This document shows positions 41,401 to 53,649 of a stretch of DNA of 64,000 bases, piece by piece. Below the pieces are notes generated by a model. It was not told the origin of the DNA, did not search any database, and worked only from the letters and a program-made list of their open reading frames with translations. Within the stretch, counting starts at the first letter, position 1; each line of letters begins with the position of its first letter. The translations under genes were made by a program, and so were the position numbers. The DNA comes from Cycas panzhihuaensis (taxonomy: Eukaryota > Plantae > Cycadophyta): contig CM041465.1 of NCBI GenBank assembly GCA_023213395.1, positions 136,655,741-136,719,740 of the forward strand, written 5' to 3'.

Positions 41401-42606
41401 CATAGATATAACACCTTCTCCTTCATTGTCCTTGCATCTTAATTGAGCTTGATGCTTTCTTGCATGTGAATCATTCCTAGTAATCACATAAGGCTACTAT
41501 CCCACCACCAGACAAAGCATTATTTGTTATGCACATGAATTCACTTCACTTACTTTAACTAAAGTAGTGTTACTCTTCCATCTTGAGTTTCATACTTAGG
41601 AGGGAAGGGGGGTCCCTAGCTCTAATTATCGATGTAGTAGCTAGGTATAAGCCTAGACAGTTAACTTCTTCTATTATGTGAGATACCCTATTCCTTTTTA
41701 GACTTTCAACCATGCCTTTTGGATGTTGACCTACTTCTTTCTCTTGTGATCTTATAAGTATGCTTACTAGATTTATAGAACTTTCAAGTCCACTTGTTCA
41801 ACATTTTTACTATGGTTCTCAATACCTTTTCACTATTTCTCCTAAAGCTTATTACTCATTTTGATTCCATCCCTTCACACTTGGAGACACTTTGGTCTAG
41901 AGATCCTTTTAGCTCCTATAATTCTACTTTTGAGGATTTTGGTTTGTATTCTCATCTTCTTGGTTTTATTGAAAGGGTCATCCTTGTTGGAGTTTGAGAG
42001 GTAGTGATGTTTCATGATTAAGTCAATCATCAACCACCTAAGATCATTTATTCTCTCTCTTCATTGTATCTTGGTGAAAATCACGTGATGATCGTAGTCA
42101 AAGAAATGAATGCTTGCCTTCTAGAAAGCAACTTTAGTGATGTCTAGTTCACTGTGACCCTCATCTAAATCATTGTATGGAATGACTTAAATAGTAGTGG
42201 AATTACAAAGGAAACTAAACACCCAAAAAAGAAGAAGCAAGTAAAGAAAGAAAAGAATCCTTTTATGTTTTTCACCCTCTTGTTATCCAAAGCAAGTTGC
42301 ATGATGGCTTTGTCTCCACCTGTATTAATGTTATTCAAGTTCATTAGGGTACATCATTCAAGACCTTCAAATTCAATTGCTTAGGCCCATTATGGTCTCA
42401 ATTATGATCAAAATGTATTTGATATCTAATAGAATTTTACCTCCATTTGTGTTCCTATCATGACAAAACCTAATCATGATCCTATCTCTCTCTCTCATCT
42501 TATAGTTAAAACCAAGTCTCTTATATAAGAACCACTTCTTCATAGGTTGATTCCTGGAATCTCCTTACATCTATCATTTTGCCTTTGAGTTTAATCCTCT
42601 CTTATC

Positions 42607-43011
42607 ATGGCATTGAGTATACATACTAACGGAGGCAGTCAAGGCAACCTAAGGCCATTTATTGCTATGTGGATAGTTTTAAATCAAACAAGCAATGTGT
42701 TAACTTTAATTAGCATATTCATACCTTAAGAAACTAATAAAGAAGTTGAGTATATCATTGTCATAAGAGCCCTAACGAATGTATTACAATTTCATGATGG
42801 TCCTATTGATCTTTTTTCTAATTCCCAAGTTATAGTCCTTCAACTTGTTAGTGCCTACCACATTCATTCTCCTCAATTATGCTCCCTTCATGCTCAGGCT
42901 TTGGCATTATCATTTTGATTCCCATTTATTCCTATCCAACATATCTCATGTAGTCAAAATATTGAAGTTGACTCTTTAATCTCTTATATTTTAGAGCACC
43001 ATTGCTCATAG
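42607..43011 (+). pseudogene. Stand-alone archaeal-type RNase HI (aRH) ORF of the Tat element, 134 codons with two in-frame stops
   Basis: MALSIHTNGGSQGNLRP...ETNKEVEYIIVIRAL...DLFSNSQVIVLQL..Y.I..PQL...IQHISCSQNIEVDSL matches the aRH pattern TDGxSxGNPG / TNNxAEY / DSxLVVxQ / HxxRxxNxxADxL. Confidence 0.85.
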
Positions 43012-43036
43012 CCCCATCCTTTTGAGCTAGGGATAT

Positions 43037-43148
43037 CACTCTATAATGAGTATAAATTAATTGAACACTTTATAATGAGTATAAACTAATTGAGCACTCT
43101 ATAATAAGTATAAAGTAACTAAATACTCCATCATGAGTATAAACTAAA
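43037..43148. repeat. 29-bp tandem repeat, about 4 copies (CACTCTATAATGAGTATAAACTAATTGAR)
   Basis: Directly visible just after the aRH stop codon. Confidence 0.88.
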
Positions 43149-43399
43149 ATGTAAATACTATTATAAGAAATACAAAAAAATCACAAATATATTTAAAACA
43201 TAAAAAGAAGCAAGTGCATATATCTAATATTATACATGTTTACTCATCATTAAGGAGAACAGGAGAGAAGGAAGGCTAGAAACAATTATGTTCTACATAA
43301 TTATTGATAAAAATGATGATATAATATATATACAAATATGAAATGCCATATAGTACATGTGTCATAAGTACAAAATGGTGGTCCTATAACTTCCATGGG

Positions 43400-45600
43400 T
43401 ATGTATACATGCTAATATATGAGCTCTTATAGTCACATCCCTACACCCATGCAATGGAATCATGCCTCTCTCCTCTCAAGTCTCTCTCCATATAGGTGAT
43501 CACCCTTGTGATGGTTGTCGAGAGCTATCATGTCCTCCCCCTGAATGATGATTGTGGGTATGAGTCCTTTATCTCCTATGAGGGACATGCATGACCCATT
43601 ATATGCTCTGACTACCTAATGGAGTTATGTGTTCCCATCCCTGTAGGATAGTCATCCTACATATATGTTGTCTCTTATCCTTAACAACCTTTAACTCTAC
43701 TACCTATATCCCCAACTACCCCACCAACTCTTAATACATATCTTGAGCTCAAATGGTAAGTGAAAATTATTGCATAAGAGGGCCCAATAACTCTAGATCC
43801 TCCTCTTTCTAAATGAAAGGCTATATTAGAATAAATATAGATAGTTGTAGGGCATCGAGGATCCTCCTCACTACTTAGAGCTCAATCATCCCCTCATCTA
43901 TCATACAAACATATAGTGATAAATTATTTTCTTTAAAAAGATAATCAAAATTAATCAAAAGAAGGTAGTAACATAAGCTAAATTAACAACATCTAAACAA
44001 AAGTGAAAGATACCTTCTAGAGGTGGTATTATCATATCAGTTGTTGTCTTGAGGATCTTTGTCGCTTCCTCCTCATTTATTATCATCTTTGGAGCTCCAT
44101 CTAAGCCTAACTCCATACCATTGAAAGGGGACTCAACTGTTACTACTTCTATTAGTCCCTTTGCCTTCCCAACTACCTCCTCATTTTCTCCCCTATTAGC
44201 ATCCCCTCTCTACTTGGTCAATAACTCATCCTCTCCTCTATCATTGCCCTATACTGGTCCAAGAGGAACCTCTCTATATGCTAGTTTAGTATCACCTACT
44301 CCACAGCTACCTCATGTTTCCACATGACCTCCTACTCTTCCTCCTTTTCCCCTGTGTGGACGTGGTAGTCTCTTTATTATAGCTCTCTTTGTAATATCAA
44401 TCTCATCATCTAACCATACTAGCACCATATCATAAGGATTAAGAACCAGCTAGTTCCTTGTCATCCTATTAAGGAGATGGCTATGTGTGTTCCTCGTCAT
44501 AACTATACATCTATCATAGACATGAGATCATATGCATCACTTATTCATCATAGGATCCATAATATTCAAGTTGCTTGGTTGCCTTGATAGTCTCATCAAA
44601 GGAATATGGTCATATAGTTAATACATTAGGATCAAGTCATATGAGAATCCTCCTCATTCCTACCTATGAATGTGTGATAACTATTGGGTCATGCTATCGA
44701 CAATAAAGCTACCCCAATCCATTTGAGTCCTTACTTCACATCATTGAATGATGCTCACCCACTAACTTGGCACACCTATGTAGTTTTATATTCAAGTGAC
44801 TCGAAATACAATGATATAGGCCAATACTTTCCTAAGTTCTAGAATCCCCTCCACCTCCACCATCACCTCAAGGGAGATGCCATAAACTCCAAAATAATTA
44901 GTCAACCCAGTCAAGTAAGTGTTATAGTCTCACTGAGTCTCCTTGTCCACTTTATGACTTAGTCAGATCTCTACACCCTAACATCTCACTCATCACATCC
45001 TCCTAATATCTCTGGCAGTGATCCAATGATCTCCTATCCTACATACTCAAAATACTCTCCCCTTAGGGACCTAGAGACTCATAAAATCTTCTAGAATCTC
45101 ATAATCCAGCATAAGCTAGATAGAGTGGTTAGCTCTGGCCAGCCCATAATACCACAAAAGCTACCACTCAATAGTCATTAATACCCCAAGGAATGACTTA
45201 ATAATCCATCCCCCATTCTCCCATGTCTTAATCCACTCAATGGGTTATCAAATAAAAAATAAAAGTTTAAGTCAGTTTCAAGTAGTTAAATCATAAATCA
45301 TGAAAAATACTTTACTTTTCTATTTTCTTCAACTTCCGCTAAAAATTTAATAACTGGACCAAAAATGTAACAAGTTAGCTAAAAATATAATAACTAGTTA
45401 AAAACATAATCTTCCAAATTTTCTATTTCAAAGATTATATTTTTTACTCACTCTTTATATTTTTTATGGACAACTCATGTTGTTGGCAAGTTCTATCAAG
45501 TTTTTTAAAGAAAATTACAAAAAAAAAAAAAAATCTCAATCAATAACTTACCTAATATCGTAGTCCTTATTGCATCCTCACTCTCTAGATTTAATGGTTC
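43400..45600 (-). pseudogene. Decayed antisense extra ORF in the Tat 3' region (possibly plant-mobile-domain-like)
   Basis: Purine-rich minus strand with the fragment MDWGSFIVDSMTQ*LSHI at ~44720, followed by an acidic/basic tail. Antisense extra ORFs are known in Tat/Ogre/Retand elements. Confidence 0.45.
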
Positions 45601-46634
45601 TCTCTAATCACTAAAATAGATCCTGGAATTATTATAACCTCAATATCAATGATGAAAAATATCTCCTAATCTAAACTCTTACACACTAAATGAATTGAAA
45701 AGGGACTCGTTTTTCCTTATAAAATTGGCCTCCCACTCATGGCAACTAGGTCTTCTAACTATCTTCTTCAAGTAGTTCTATCATATGTGCAATGTATTCT
45801 GCATATTTTGACTTTATCCTAAGGATTTTTGCCACACTATCTAGTCATTTTTCTCGCCCTTATTACTCTCCGTTAATAGGGAAATCGTGTTGAGATAAAT
45901 GAGAAACTTGGCCTGGAGATGGACTGCTCATAACCTATTCATGATTATACTACATGGGACCAATTTTTCACCTACATTTCAAATTCCATCTCCTTTTTGA
46001 CCGTTAGACCTCCTTGTAATTCAAGACCCTCTAAGACCCCATAGTCTGATTCACTCAAGAGATATAGGATAGTCGCTAATAAGGTAAAACTATGGTGACC
46101 ACCCCTCTGAAGCACTGCAAATAAGGTTAAACTATGGCAACAATATCTCCAAAAATAGGTGCTAAAGAGGCTAAATTATGGTAACTACCCCCCTCAAAGT
46201 CCCATCAGCAGGATGGCCAATCTAGTATCAGGTTCAAGTTTGAATGTGACCACATAAAAGGCATAAAAGGCTTTCTTAAGCCACCCTTGTTCTAGTTAGA
46301 TGGAATATCCTTTATCACCTTCACATCCTATAAATTTATCATCCAATTTGGCCTTTGTTTTTAACTTAGAAAATATATCTAAAGCATCTAAATCTAAACT
46401 TTATTTTAGTCCTAAAAACTAAGTTGCCACCATTTAACATCTTCCTCTCTATTATTAACAAGAGCTTCTCATGATAAGGGGGGAAATGTTTCACCACAAC
46501 TAGAACTTTTGGCATAATTAGACTTATATCTAGGTTTGTTTGCTCAAGTTGTTTGATAGCTATTAATTCGACTTATGTAATGAATATCACTTTATTAGCA
46601 TGTTAGTTGTTGGATTTCTTTTGATGGATCATTT

Positions 46635-49600
46635 TATTGGAATATTGATAATACACATTTGTTTTGTCCCACACGCAAGTGGGTCCCACTCTCACCATCA
46701 TGACATGTATTATAAATACATAACATTATGTATCATATTATATCTATTATAAGGATGTCTTATTAATATAATTTGAGGTACCTTAAGGGTATCGTTCGAT
46801 CCTGGAGGTGTTTGTTTCTGTTTGTGAACATTATCTTATTGCAAGTTTGATTTTCCAACATGATATCAGAGCTAAAGTGGAACAAGACTAGTTAGTTGTA
46901 AGGTTATGCGAGGTGATTATGTTTACAAGTGTACCAATTTAGTCGGTAAAACCATAGTTCTGTTGATGTATGAGGAGGTGATTGCCAGTTTATTTTTCGT
47001 GGTTTGCCAATATTGTTCATGATTCTATTCGTGGTTCGTGTGAGAGAATTCCCTGTCATCATTTGTATATTATTCAATGTGTCTATGTTCTGATTGCCTA
47101 TTCATTATTTATGAATATTCCATTCCACCATGGTGTTTGTCCATATGAATCCATTCAACTATGTTCAAAATATTTTTGTATATTTCCTCTCCTCTATTCA
47201 TGTTATCGCTACCATATTACATATTCCATTTTTATAGCACGCGAAGCCACTATATGTGTGAAGATTTATGCCCTTCATCAGTAAAATTTATAGAGAATTT
47301 GTACTTTATCCAGTGGAACATGTAACTTGTACTCAATGGAGTTTGCCTTGCATAATCTTATTCTTTCACCAAGAAGACTGTGAAGAAATAAATACCATGG
47401 AGTTATTGTATACCTCATATGAAGATTTGATTTTCCCTGGTTACATTGTTGATTTGCCCATGTGTGGATATATTGTATTGCGGTGAAAATCCCTGCATGC
47501 AGATGATCGAACAACTATAGGTTTTGCAGCTGTAAGAGAATGAAGAAAACTTGGTCCATCAAATAGATCACTCAACACAACCGACGAAGATTAAAACCAC
47601 GCAGTTGAAACCCTAATGAGTCATAAAGAGAGCAGTCCATCAAAGAAGAAAATAAGGACGTTAACCATGGTGATGATAGCCGCCCATGACTGAAGATGCC
47701 ACTCTAAAAACCCTGCGTGGAGCCATCTGGAGTTTGTGTTGCCCACAAAACTCACCATTGATACTTATAATAACCAGTTGTGTGTTTGTATGAATATTCA
47801 CCGTAGAGACATCATTGCCCGATGAAGATAATACAATCGTGGACCATTACCATTGTTTTAAAATCAATATTAATCAATCTAGATGCAGGTTTGATTTTAA
47901 CATGAAAATCATCAAGATGCAAGGACTTTATGGGTATAACAAAGCTAATTTGAGGGCAAGAAAGATAATGATTTAAGACAATGAGGTGCTTGTTACATGT
48001 GAGTTTACTGACATGTTTTAAGGATGAGATTAGGCATGTTTAATGATGTGTTCTAATTGATTGAATGGGCAAAGAAGGATGAGTGTTTTGTTGAAGTTAC
48101 CTGAGTTGCAAGTGTAGTGGCATGAGTTGTGTTTTGGGCAATTAAGTGAAGTGTGTGTCTTGGCAATTTAATGGTGACATGAGGTGTGCATGATTTCTGT
48201 GGGATGTATGTGGTTTAGGCATTGATTTGATAGTGAAGTGTTCTAGATACTTGTTATATGTGACTATTTGACAATATGAGAGATATATAAGGTAATGATA
48301 TGATGATAAAGTCAATGATGTGAGAGACATGAGACATAAGAAATTTTGTTGAGAGTGATCAATAGGTAAGTTACCAATGATAAGTAAGTTTGTTGATTAA
48401 AAAAGGGGACGTGGTGTTGGGAAATGGCATTTACAATCATGGAGGAAAATGATGTGGTTATGTATGTTCATGAAACAAATGAATATTACATAAGGGATTT
48501 GTTTCTTTCGATACCTAAGTGTAATGGAGAAGACTACTTCTTTTGGACGATTAAAATGAGATGTTTTTTCATAGCTAGAGGTTTGTGGAAGTTGGTTATT
48601 GATGGATATGATACCCCTAAGGATGAAGAAAAAAAGGAAATACTTGAGAAGAAAGACATAAAGGTATTCATCATGATTCTTGCTGCATTAAACAAGGTTG
48701 ACCTTCCTTCAGCATACCATTTTATCATTCCTAAGGTGCAACGTGCAAGTACTACTAAGGAAGCATGGGATTTTTTAAGAGACATATTTGAACAAACTCC
48801 TAAAGAGATACAACGAATGATTGAAAAGGCAATTAAGGTCAGTGATGGTTATGGTACAGGTATAATGAATGAAGAAAATATCATTAACACTAATGAAACG
48901 ACATATCAAGATGAAGAATACATGAGTACTAGTGAAATTTCTATTGAATGTAAAGAAATGATGGTTCAATATATTGATGAGACTACAACTTCTACTAAAG
49001 ATGTTAAGAGTGATGAATCAATTAAGGTTTATTTAGATGACACTATTATTTTAAGGGAAATTAAATATGAATCTGATGGTTCTATAAAAAATGAGTCTTG
49101 TATTAATTCAAATCTAAATGATGCTCCTCCATTGAGCATTGATTCAAGTTCAAAGAGAATGCAAGTTGATCAAGATTCTACTCCAAAGGTTAAAGAAATC
49201 ATTGTTGTACACAGTGATCAAGAACTTATTCAGGATAATGATGACAAGCAAGTTATATTTGAAGATGGTTACTTACAGGATCTACATCAAAATCAGACTA
49301 GACCAAGTATAATGAAGAATCAAGATTTGCACTTTCTAGAGTTGTTACAACAACATCATGACTGCATGATGGAAGACAAAAATCAAGCTAAGGACATCAT
49401 CCTACAAAGGCATCAGTACAAAATTGAAGACGAAGATCAAATTAAAGGCACCATTCTATAGCAAAAACATTACTACAAGATTGAAGACAAGGATCAAGTT
49501 AAAGACATTATCTTCAAGATATTTCCAAGGACAAGGTATTGTAAATACAAATGACCCAAATGTGCATTAAGGGGGAGTGTTGGAATATTGATAATGCACA

Positions 49601-49803
49601 TTTATTTTGTCCCACATGTAAGTGGGTCCCACTCTCACCATCATGACATGTATTATAAATACACAGCATTGTGTATCATATTATTTCTGTTGTAAGGATG
49701 TCTTGTTAATATAATTTGAGGTACCTTAAGGGTATCATTCGATCCTGGAGGTGTTTGTTTCTGTTTGTGAATATTATCTTATTACAGGTTTGATTTTCCA
49801 ACA
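46635..49803 (+). mobile_element. Non-autonomous copia-type LTR retrotransposon, copy 2 (3169 bp)
   Basis: 226-bp LTRs at 46635-46860 and 49578-49803 (~16 mismatches). TSD CATTT (46630-46634 and 49804-49808), PBS TGATATCAGAGC at 46861-46872, PPT AAGGGGGAG at 49569-49577. Confidence 0.96.
48424..49554 (+). CDS. Gag-N, acidic linker and RNase H-tail-like repeats; 345 aa open, 376 aa if TAG at 49459 was CAG
   Basis: ORF track 48424-49461. The same frame continues QKHYYKIEDKDQVKDIIFKIFPRTRYCKYK*, matching copy 1. Confidence 0.88.
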
Positions 49804-52800
49804 CATTTTATAGTTTAGTCCTTAGTTTAAACATGCTTTAACACTTATCATTTGATTTTAAGTTGATGGATTATAAATTGGATGATTGAATAGATGTGAT
49901 TATGATGACCTTAGTTTACCAATAACTTACACTATAATGCATTTTAATGCTCTCATCCAGCATAGTTTGTAAGCTACTCTAAGTTTTCCCTTTTCTAACC
50001 AAATTCTCTTTTAGTATTATGAGGTTTTTTTATCAATTTCAACCTTATTTCTACCACTTTTTGGAATTTTCTCATAGTAATCTACCCTTTATTGAAGTAT
50101 GTAATGTCTTTAGAAAATCTTAGTAAGTCAATCTTATCAAAAAATTAATTTTTGCTACTATCTTTTGGCCTTTCCAATTTATTGTATTTTTGGTAATACC
50201 AAAAATATGATGGTCATATTTTTGGCAACAAATAAAATATGACAATTATATTTTTAGTTATAAGTCACATTTTTTATTATCATACCCATAATTTTCTAAA
50301 TAGAATATTAATTTCTCATGATTTTCACTGTGGTGCCTACCCAAATTTAAAGTTTGGCATTACCACACTTGTCCTAATTGACTTGTGGTTGTCTTTCCTT
50401 CCTTTATTGCAATATTTGGTTGTTGTAAATCATCCAAACTATAGGTAGAAACCATGGTTTTCTTACCTATCCTTCCCCCTCTCATTTTCTATAAATCCAT
50501 GTGAGTTTTTAGAGGGTAGGAAGAGAGTCCTTGATGTAATAAAGTCCTACCTAATTTTTACCATCCCTTATTGCCTGTGTCTTGTTGCTTCTTGGAGGTA
50601 GATTTAAGTTTATCTTCTTAGCAGATTATGAACTCTATTAAAGGAATTTGAGGTCTACTTTTTCATCAATTATTGTCCAATTCTCATACTCATCCTTTCA
50701 CTCACTTACTAGGGTCTCCTTCCTATAGTTCTAGCTAATTTTTATTTATATCTTTCTCTTATACAACATCCTTTGTTATCAAACTCATTATTCTCACGAT
50801 ACTTAGAGCTTGATGGAAACTTGTTGGATAAGAGTAAAGCATCAATATAAGGCACACACGATTTTTTCTTAGATTGGAAGTAACTCTTTTAGTAGACTAA
50901 TTATTTGTTTTAGAAATTAGATTAGTTTGCTTTGAATTCTTTTTTTTTTTTTAATTAAAAAAAGAGGTATTTTCATTGCCATTATCTCTTACTTTCCATC
51001 AAAGTTTAATTGCTCTTTCTAGTTTATTTAGGCAATTTAACTTGGAATCAAACTAGTTTTGATTCCCAAGGCTTTATCACATTATTAGAATCATAAAAAG
51101 GAGTTGTTTTTAAGTATTAAACTAGTTCCAACCCTTAATTATTACCTCCATTAGGCATGTCCATTCACTTATCTCCTTCTTATTTTGATTCATAACTCAC
51201 AAAGAGATTGGTCCCAAAAAAGAGTTTAGCAAAACCAAGTCAATCCTTTATGAAGAGGTGAATGGTAAGGAAGGGTAATTTTTTCAAGAAAGTAGAGAAT
51301 CCCAACTCTTTTCCATAGGAAAATTAATAACTCTAATCAATTACTTATAATTAAAATTCCTTATATGAAGTAGAAATATTGTCAAAGTTTTGACAAGGTT
51401 TCAAACTTATATTTAATGGTTTCTCTTTTAAAAGTGATGATTTTATGATCTATATTATTATTTGATTGACCATTGTGCTACATATTAAAGTAGGAGTAAT
51501 CAAAGAAGGTGAATCCATTACTTTTTAACTTCATCATAAGATACCTATCTTGTTAACTATCTTTTGCAATCCTTTTTCTAAGTTTCTACAAATTAGGAAA
51601 AGGAGGTAAAGGAAAAGGAAAGAGTACTATCCTGTATTGATTAGTTAGTTTATTACTTGATCCCCTTCCCTTGCTTACTCATAAAAGAGAAAGGGAAAGT
51701 TAGGAAATTATTTATTGGGTTTAGAATTAAGAAGTTGTGATTTGATGTTATATGCCCCTTCCTATTCTTTCATTTGCTATCAAGTAAATCTAAAAGTTTT
51801 AAAAAGAAGTAAAAGAATAATAGCTAGGATAATTGTAAGTATAATTGAAGATTCTAAACTCCTTTACTGCTTGTGTGCTTGATTTCCTTTCATTTTCATT
51901 CCATTTAAGAAATAGAAAAGTAAAGAATAGGAAGGAATTACATTTCAATTATGCATGATTTGATTATTTATTTGGATGAATGTTTGCTTGTTGTTATTTA
52001 TACTTAACTAGGACTTACACACTAGATTTGCATATAGGCTTGGTTTGACATTGTTTGGTCCCTCTAGGGTAGGTTTCATCTCTCTATTAAGGATTTGCTT
52101 GATCACTCAAGACTTGGCATTGCTGGTGTACAAGCACATCATCTCCTAAATATAAATACTTCTCTTTGTTAGGATTTTTTTGATCGATTGGGACCTGACA
52201 TCCCCTACATAGAAAACTACTCTTTCTTTGAGATTATTTAATATTCAATTGTGTTTCAAATACTAAAGAAAGTGTCTTACCATTTTTTTGTAGGTTGAGA
52301 GTGGTTTCTTCTTTTTTCCTTCACCTCTAAGTATAGGAATCTATTAGATCTAGCAGTAGGGATACTCAAGTTGTTTATCTTCATGGACGTTCATCACTTA
52401 ATGAGGGAGTTACTAGTGGTTGTCCCTCGATAATGTCATTAATCTAGGTCTTGATCTCTCTTGGGTTCTAACACTCATCAGTCCTCCCTAGCTATAGCTA
52501 ATACGATTTAGACTACTCTTATGTAAGTGGAAACAAAGGTCTAGATTAGAATATCATCCTTAGGAGGGCTTCTTCAATAGTGATAGGACAAACCTAGGTC
52601 AATTATTTTAGGATATAGACCCCAAACAAATCCTCCACTTGTTGGAAGGTTGTTTATACTTTTTCCAAAGCAAATGATTCTTTCTTTATCATGTTTGATT
52701 ATTTGGAGTTCTTTTATTTGGTCAAATTTAAGTTTAATTTTTTTCATGCATGTGTGAGTTTATTTAAGTTACAAATTAGTTTGATTCTCTCATTCTTATT

Positions 52801-53649
52801 CAAGAACATAAGTAAAGAGACCTCTTCTTAGAGGTTGGTTGAAAGGTCCACCCTTGTGACTCATTATTGTTAGTTCACTCTCTCATAGATTTGATAAGTG
52901 GTTTGTCCCAAGATGAGGAACCATGGGCAATTTTCAAAAGCTATTTCAATGTTATTTTAGATTCAAACATTTACTTTTCACTTATTTTTCTTTAAATGAG
53001 AGTTAAATTAGTTGAAATACAATGTTCTCATCACATTTATATCATTCAATTTTATCTTAGGATTTCAAATTAATCATACATACTCTTTGGAGTTTGAATG
53101 GTGATGTATGAGTCATGGTCATGTGAAAAAAATGTAGATTGATATTTTGTACAAAAAAAATCACATTTTTAACCTTAGAACTAAAAGTTAAATAATAGTA
53201 ATTCTTATTTTGTAAATTTTAAAGTTTGTAATTTAATTTATTTATCCCCTAATCCTTCTAAACCTTCATGTGACCTTATCTTGGGACAAAAAAGGCCTAA
53301 AGCCTACAAACTATTATTTATCATCCCACTTTAGTGATTTAAACATATGAACCTATTGATATTGCATTCTTCTCTTTATTTTTACAATTAGACATATTAA
53401 ACTTGCATTTTTTATCCCTTAAAATAGTTTAAAACATTAAAAATTATAATTTTTAAGGGGTTTTTAAGTCATTACTTGTATATTTGTTCTTATTTTCCTC
53501 TTCCTATATGGAGACCAGATATTTTTATTACTTTTTTGGCTCCTTGTATGATGTCCATTATTATATTTTAAAGTGCTTTTATCCAACTCCTTACATAGTA
53601 TTATTTTTCAACATTTTCATAATTGCAAGTGCAATTTTTTCTTCTTTTT

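Larger units (their letters stand above)
17777..52923 (+). mobile_element. Ty3/gypsy Tat-clade (non-chromovirus) LTR retrotransposon, old, with three nested insertions
   Basis: LTRs at 17777-21060 and 46487-52923 (TGTTTCACC...CCA), TSD TGGGT/TGGGC, PBS at 21065, PPT AAGGGGGGAAA at 46476-46486. Domain order gag-PR-RT-RH-INT, then an extra RNase H. Confidence 0.92.
46487..52923 (+). repeat. 3' LTR of the Tat element (~3263 bp once copy 2 is removed)
   Basis: Follows the PPT and is colinear with 17777-21060. Confidence 0.92.

Noticed and set aside
43037-43148. Regularly spaced 29-bp repeats as a possible CRISPR-like array
   Set aside because: The units are contiguous with no unique spacers, and the context is a plant retrotransposon.
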